The position numbers and the translations under genes were made by a program. From NCBI GenBank assembly GCA_963820825.1, contig CAWGBN010000002.1, positions 1 through 64,000 of the forward strand: DNA of 64,000 nucleotides. The letters run 5' to 3'. Shown piece after piece: positions 59,209 to 64,000 of this stretch; the first letter of the stretch is position 1, and the number at the start of each line of letters is the position of its first letter. The DNA comes from Vulcanimicrobiota bacterium. Lineage in GTDB: Bacteria; Vulcanimicrobiota; Vulcanimicrobiia; Vulcanimicrobiales; Vulcanimicrobiaceae. The notes beneath the pieces were generated by a model, which was not told where the DNA came from, ran no database searches, and was given only the letters and a program-made list of their open reading frames with translations.

Positions 59209-59703
59209 TTAGTTCCTGCGGGCCCCTGCACGGGTGACGGACGCGGCGGCGCTCAGTAGCGCAGCGGCGGCAAGAGCGGCTCCGTAGCCCTTGTCGCCGC
59301 CCTGCGGCGAGGCACGCTCCGTCGCCTGCGCGAGCGTCTCGGTCGTCAAGACGCCGAACCCGATCGGGGTCCCCGTCGCGAGCTGAACGTCCATAATCCC
59401 TCTGGCGCACTCGCCGGCGACGTACTCGAAGTGGGGCGTCTCGCCTCGCACGACAACCCCCAGCGCGACGACCGCGTCGAAGCGATCCGAGGCGATGAGA
59501 TTGCGGCACGCCAGCGGGAGTTCGAAGCAGCCCGGCACCTCGAAGAGCGCGACGTCGTCGTCGCCGACGTTGCAGTCGCGCAACGCGCGTTTGGCGCCAT
59601 CGACCAGCATATCGGCCAAGTCGCCGTAGAATCGCGCGGCGACGATCGCGAAACGCCGGCCCGCGCAGTCGGGCGCCGGCAGCACTCCGCCGCCGCCCTT
59701 CAC
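59209..59703 (-). CDS. ribH: 6,7-dimethyl-8-ribityllumazine synthase
   Basis: FAIVAARF, VPGCFELP, GVVVRGETPHFEYV, FGVLT, KG. Confidence 0.94.
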   Translation of the reverse strand: MKGGGGVLPAPDCAGRRFAIVAARFYGDLADMLVDGAKRALRDCNVGDDDVALFEVPGCFELPLACRNLIASDRFDAVVALGVVVRGETPHFEYVAGECARGIMDVQLATGTPIGFGVLTTETLAQATERASPQGGDKGYGAALAAAALLSAAASVTRAGARRN

Positions 59704-61109
59704 GATGCCGCGACTTCGTCGATCATATGACCGAGCTTCGAGCGCTTGGTGTCGATGTAGTGTTTGTTATGCGCCGTCGGCGTCGTCTGCAATGGGACGC
59801 GGCCGACGATGCGCAGACCGTATCCCTCCAGCCCGAAGATCTTCTTCGGATTGTTGGTAATGAGCCGCATTTCGCGCACGCCGAGATCGGCGAGGATCTG
59901 CGAGCCGATGCCGTAGTCGCGTTTATCGATCGGAAGTCCCAACGCAATATTCGCCTCGACCGTATCGGCGCCGCGGTCTTGCAGCTCGTAGGCGCGCAGC
60001 TTATCGGCCAGGCCGATGCCGCGCCCTTCCTGGCGCAGATAGAGTAAGACGCCGCGCCCCTCGCGAGCGATCATCTCCATCGCGCCGTCGCGCTGGGCGG
60101 CGCAGTCGCAGCGTACGGAGTGCAGAGCATCGCCGGTCATGCATTCGGAGTGAACGCGAACGAGCAGCTCCTTGCCGCTGCCGATCTCGCCCATGACCAG
60201 TGCGACGTGCGTGTTCTCGTCGATCGTGGTGGTGTAGGCTACGCCCCTCCACTTGCCGATCGTCGTCGGCAGATCGAATTCCGCGATCCGCTCGACCAGC
60301 TTCTCCGTGCGCATCCGGTACGCAATCAGGTCCTTAACGGTGATCAGCTTGAGTGAATGCCGATCGGCGTAGCTGCGCAAACCCTCGAGGCGTTCCATCG
60401 TGCCGTCGTCGGCCATGATCTCGCAGATGACGCCGGCGGGATAGAGGCCCGCCAGTCGCGCTAAGTCGACCGCCGCCTCGGTCTGCCCGGCGCGCACAAG
60501 CACGCCGCCGTCGCGCGCGCGCAGCGGAAACGTATGTCCGGGGCGCAGGAAATCGGCCGCGCGCGCTTCGGGATCGAGCAGTTTGGTAATCGTCGCGGCG
60601 CGGTCGTGCGCCGAGATGCCGGTCGTCGTGATGTCGCGCGCCTCAACCGAAACGGTGAAGGCTGTTTCGTGGAGGGCGGTGTTGTCGCGAACCATCGGCG
60701 GGATGTGGAGATCGTCTAGCCGCGCGCCGACCATCGGCACGCAAATCAACCCGCCCGCGTGTTTGCGCATGAAGTTGATCGCTTCGGGCGTGACCATCTG
60801 CGCCGCCATGACGAGGTCGCCTTCGTTCTCACGATCCTCGTCGTCGAGCACCACGACCATCTTCCCGGCACGAACATCGGCGATCGCCTCCGCGATCGAA
60901 TCGAAGGGCCCGTCCTCCTCGGTCAGCTGCTCGCCGAGCGAGGGAAAGAGCTGGGTCAGCCGCTGCAGCGTGCGATAGGACGGCTCCCGCCGCCCGGCGC
61001 GCAGCAGAGAGATCGCGGATTCGGTGAGGCCGGCGGTCTCGGCCACCTCGGCGGCACTGAGACCGGCCGCATTCATCGCCTCGTTCAGCAGATCGGCAAA
61101 AGCACTCAC
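59700..61109 (-). CDS. ribBA: XRE-HTH fused to bifunctional DHBP synthase/GTP cyclohydrolase II
   Basis: N-terminal roughly 60-aa HTH; DDEDRENEGD, RAGQTEA, RVHSEC.TGD...S.RCDC, QEGRGIG, TNNP.K. Confidence 0.93.
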   Translation of the reverse strand: MSAFADLLNEAMNAAGLSAAEVAETAGLTESAISLLRAGRREPSYRTLQRLTQLFPSLGEQLTEEDGPFDSIAEAIADVRAGKMVVVLDDEDRENEGDLVMAAQMVTPEAINFMRKHAGGLICVPMVGARLDDLHIPPMVRDNTALHETAFTVSVEARDITTTGISAHDRAATITKLLDPEARAADFLRPGHTFPLRARDGGVLVRAGQTEAAVDLARLAGLYPAGVICEIMADDGTMERLEGLRSYADRHSLKLITVKDLIAYRMRTEKLVERIAEFDLPTTIGKWRGVAYTTTIDENTHVALVMGEIGSGKELLVRVHSECMTGDALHSVRCDCAAQRDGAMEMIAREGRGVLLYLRQEGRGIGLADKLRAYELQDRGADTVEANIALGLPIDKRDYGIGSQILADLGVREMRLITNNPKKIFGLEGYGLRIVGRVPLQTTPTAHNKHYIDTKRSKLGHMIDEVAAS

Positions 61110-61115
61110 CCATCC

Positions 61116-61143
61116 AGCCTAGGGGCTACTTTACAAATGTCAA
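61116..61143 (-). promoter_or_regulatory. promoter of HTH-ribBA (TTGACA-N16-TAGGCT, leaderless) overlapped by palindrome TTGACA-TT-TGTAAA
   Basis: -10 box 6 nt before the GTG start; near-perfect inverted repeat at 61130-61143. Confidence 0.55.
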
Positions 61144-61144
61144 G

Positions 61145-61841
61145 TCGCGGAGCCCGGGAACACGCTAGCGCGAATATGCGGAATCAACTCCGACCGCTTG
61201 CGGCCCGTGAACGACCATCGCCTTGACGCGGCTCTTGCCGCGTCCGTTGCGCTCGGCCATGCCGAACACCAACGTCTTGCCTTCGGTCGGCCCGTGCTTC
61301 ATCTTGCGGAACCCGAGGCCCGTGGTCATCGTGGCCTTGCGGCGACCGCCGACGAAGGTTTCGTCCGCTTCGATCTCTCCGTCGAACATACGGTCATCGG
61401 TCGGAGCCATCGCCTCGCGGATGCGATGCAGCATGAACCAAGCCGTCTTTTGCGTGTACGCCAAGGGCGCGGCCTAGCTCATGCGAGGACGTTCCGTTCT
61501 TCGTGTTGGCGAGGAACCAAACGGCGGGGAGCCACTTGCTCAGCGGAAGCGGGCTGTCCTCAAAGATCGAGTTGACCTTGACCGAGAACTGCCGCTTGCA
61601 GTCCTTGCAGCGCCAAATCTTGCGGTCTTGATAAACTGGACGCTAGCCGACCCGCAGCCCAAGCGCGGGCAAGCCACGCCGTGCGGCCACCGGATTTTGA
61701 TCGCGTAGGCGTGAGCTCGGTCGGGGTCCGCAAAGTAGGTGACGGCTTCGAGCAGGGTGGTCGGCGTCGTTTCCATGCACCAAGCGTATACTCGCCGAGT
61801 GCCAACTGGGTGGCATTTGGTGCGTCAGCTATATCATTCCC
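61145..61841 (-). mobile_element. IS1595-family transposase remnant (frameshifted, 3'-truncated)
   Basis: RWP.G..CP..GC zinc ribbon, CK.C..QFSV, TQKTAWFMLHRIREAM, EADETFVGG; candidate terminal repeat ending CTATATCATTCCC at 61841. Confidence 0.85.
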
Positions 61842-61937
61842 ACAAATGTCAAGCCACCGAACGCGCAGGGCTGGTACAGGTTCGATGACCCAGCGCACTA
61901 AAATTAGCCGTCGTTCCCCCAAGAAAGTTTGGGCACC

Positions 61938-62921
61938 ATGCGCACTTTTCTGTCGATCCTAAAGGCGTCGCCCGGGTTCGCCGCGCTCCTTTTCGGTGCG
62001 GGCTGCAGCGGAGGAACGACCTCAACTCCGGCCGTGCCGGCCGCCTCGCGGCGCGCAGCGCAGGCGTCGCCCTCCGGCTTCAAAGAACCGGCGCTGATCG
62101 CTTTCAACACCGAGAACGGCACGCTCGAGTACTGGCCGATCAAACACGGCGGCGGAGAGACGCTGCAGCCGCTTTCCGGTTCGCTCGGGATCAACGAAGG
62201 GTACGCGCTCGCTTCGGTTGGCCATACGGTGGTCATCGCAAACTATTCGCCGGCCGAAGTCGTCACGTACAACCTCAAAACGAAAGCCGAAGCGACGATG
62301 AGCGATCCGTACGGCAATCCCTACGACATTGCCGTCGATACAACGGGTAATTTCTACGCCCTCTCTTCGAAGAACGTCGCCGTCTATAAGGTTGGATCGT
62401 CGCAGCCGACGGAGTTGACGTGCTCGAAGATTGACGAGGCTGAAGCGATCGCAGTCGATCGGGAAAGCGACGTCTTCGTCGCCGGCTACGGTCCAAGCTT
62501 CCAAGGCGTCGTGGAGTTTCGCGAGCGCTCGACGCAGTGCATCGTGCCGCATCTGCGAAAGTCGCGCGGATACATCGGCGGCATCGGCGTCGAGCCGACA
62601 ACCGATAATCTCATCGTCGTCGACGATCCCGATCTCTGCGCCGGCGGCATCGAAGGCCGAATGGTCATCTATCCAAAGCCCTACGAGCAGCGCACGTCTG
62701 TACGGCGGATCCTGTATGCCAACTATTGCTCCGGAACGATCCGTCTCGATGGCGGCGCATCGCACATCTTCTACGGCGACGCGACGGTAAGCGACGGTTT
62801 TCCACTCATAGAGCAAGCTCGATACCCGTCGGGCAAGTGGGAGGGCACTTACGAAGACGGTTATTACTCGGGCGGCAATTTCGCGGGCTTCACCGTGATG
62901 TCGAACGGGGCGCCCAACTAG
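61938..62921 (+). CDS. beta-propeller lipoprotein
   Basis: lipobox GAGC; NPYDIAVDTTGNFY, AIAVD...DVFV, GIGVEP.TDNLIV. Confidence 0.8.
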   Translation: MRTFLSILKASPGFAALLFGAGCSGGTTSTPAVPAASRRAAQASPSGFKEPALIAFNTENGTLEYWPIKHGGGETLQPLSGSLGINEGYALASVGHTVVIANYSPAEVVTYNLKTKAEATMSDPYGNPYDIAVDTTGNFYALSSKNVAVYKVGSSQPTELTCSKIDEAEAIAVDRESDVFVAGYGPSFQGVVEFRERSTQCIVPHLRKSRGYIGGIGVEPTTDNLIVVDDPDLCAGGIEGRMVIYPKPYEQRTSVRRILYANYCSGTIRLDGGASHIFYGDATVSDGFPLIEQARYPSGKWEGTYEDGYYSGGNFAGFTVMSNGAPN

Positions 62922-62996
62922 GTCGTCCGTCGTCCTTCGTCCTTCGTACTTCGTCCTTCGACACGAGCCACTGATGCGGCTCGGCTCAGGATGACA
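62922..62996. repeat. heptamer tandem repeat (CGTCCTT-like, about five copies) joined to a CCTTCGAC...GCTCAGGATGACA palindromic element
   Basis: gtcgtccgtcgtccttcgtccttcgtacttcgtccttcgacacgagcc...ggctcggctcaggatgaca. Confidence 0.6.
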
Positions 62997-63058
62997 TCCG
63001 GGTAGCAACACCGGCCCGGCGACCCCCGCCAAAACGTCGCTGCGCATAGCGCATAGCG

Positions 63059-63086
63059 CATACTTGAAACGAGTGTTTCAAGTATG
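63059..63086. promoter_or_regulatory. perfect 12-bp-arm palindrome, probable TetR operator over the promoter
   Basis: CATACTTGAAAC-GAGT-GTTTCAAGTATG directly upstream of the TetR start; TGnTAGGAT -10 follows. Confidence 0.75.
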
Positions 63087-63098
63087 TTAGGATAGGCC

Positions 63099-63635
63099 GT
63101 GTCGCGAACCGCGGACGAGGCCCGGCGCGCCGAGCTGCTCGACCGGGCCGTCGATTACGTCTGCCGGCACGGTTTGGCCGAGCTGTCGCTTCGGCCGCTG
63201 GCCAAAGCCGTCGGCTCGAGTCCCCGAGTCTTGCTCTATTACTTCGGATCGAAGGAGGCGTTGGTTGTCGAGATCGTCCGGCGCGGCCGCGAACGCCAGC
63301 GCGCCATGATGATGCAACTCAAGCTGCGCGGCCATTCGCCTCGCGAGGTCGCGCGGGCGCTCTGGCGCGAGTGGAGCAAGCCGGAGTGGGAACCGTTGAC
63401 GCGACTTGCCTTTGAAGTCTACACGCTCGCATTGCAAGACCGTTCGCGTTTTCCCGGCTATCTCGACGGTTCGATTAACGAGTGGCTCGACGCGCTCAAG
63501 GGATGCACGGCGACGCAAGCGACGCTCTTGATCGCCGGCTTCCGCGGCTTCTTACTCGATCTCTTGGCAACGCACGATCGCGCGCGCATCGACCGGGCAG
63601 TCGATCTCTGGCTCGAGGCGGTTTACGATGCGTGA
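63099..63635 (+). CDS. TetR/AcrR family transcriptional regulator
   Basis: RAELLDRA...GL...SLRPLA...GSSPRVLLYYFGSKEAL. Confidence 0.92.
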   Translation: MSRTADEARRAELLDRAVDYVCRHGLAELSLRPLAKAVGSSPRVLLYYFGSKEALVVEIVRRGRERQRAMMMQLKLRGHSPREVARALWREWSKPEWEPLTRLAFEVYTLALQDRSRFPGYLDGSINEWLDALKGCTATQATLLIAGFRGFLLDLLATHDRARIDRAVDLWLEAVYDA

Positions 63636-64000
63636 TCCAAGCCGTCGCGCCGCGACGACGTTCATCTTCGTCACCGTGCTAATCGACATGATGACCTTCG
63701 GTATGATCGGACCGGTGCTGCCCAAACTCATCGCGAGCTTCGTGGGCAACGATTATGCGTGGGCCGCCGAGATCATCGGGCTCTTTGCGACGGCCTGGGC
63801 GTTGATGCAGTTCTTCTGCTCGCCGCTGCTTGGCATGCTCTCCGATCGCATCGGCCGCCGGCCGGTGATCCTCGTTTCCAACGCCGTCACCGTCGTCGAT
63901 TACGCGATCATGGCGCTGGCACCGAACCTGTGGTGGCTCTTCGCCGGGCGAATTCTTTCGGGGATCGCAACGTCGAACATGAGCGCGGCAAGCGCGTACA
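63628..64000 (+). CDS. TetA-like (TCR/Tet) MFS efflux pump, runs off the window
   Basis: FIFVTVLIDM, ALMQFFCSPLLG.LSDRIGRRPVIL, LFAGRILSG. Confidence 0.88.
   Translation, partial: MRDPSRRAATTFIFVTVLIDMMTFGMIGPVLPKLIASFVGNDYAWAAEIIGLFATAWALMQFFCSPLLGMLSDRIGRRPVILVSNAVTVVDYAIMALAPNLWWLFAGRILSGIATSNMSAASAY

Overview
GC-rich bacterial chromosomal window. The expanded family of beta-propeller lipoproteins and the GloVer-type repeats suggest Candidatus Eremiobacterota/Vulcanimicrobiota (inference only). It holds: S9 peptidases and msrA; the yceD-rpmF-fabH-fabD-fabG-acpP-ffh-rpsP-khpA-rimM run, full of indels between about 8.9 and 13.3 kb that look like assembly errors; an unexplained four-gene cassette (lytic transglycosylase plus three small proteins, forming two internally homologous pairs, one resembling an Hrp pilin/T3SS filament subunit); an accessory zone at about 16-31 kb with three tRNAs and many orphan lipoproteins; and a mosaic purine cluster. 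That cluster has an animal-PAICS-like PurC fused to a degenerate PurE domain, two archaeal-type PurP paralogues, a double-length PurS, a GNAT-PurN fusion and embedded cydAB. It is followed by holA, mtnA with no canonical start codon, ribH, an XRE-HTH-RibBA fusion, an IS1595 remnant and a TetR/TetA-like pair. No CRISPR array, rRNA or intact prophage was seen. All family calls come from motif recognition, not database searches.
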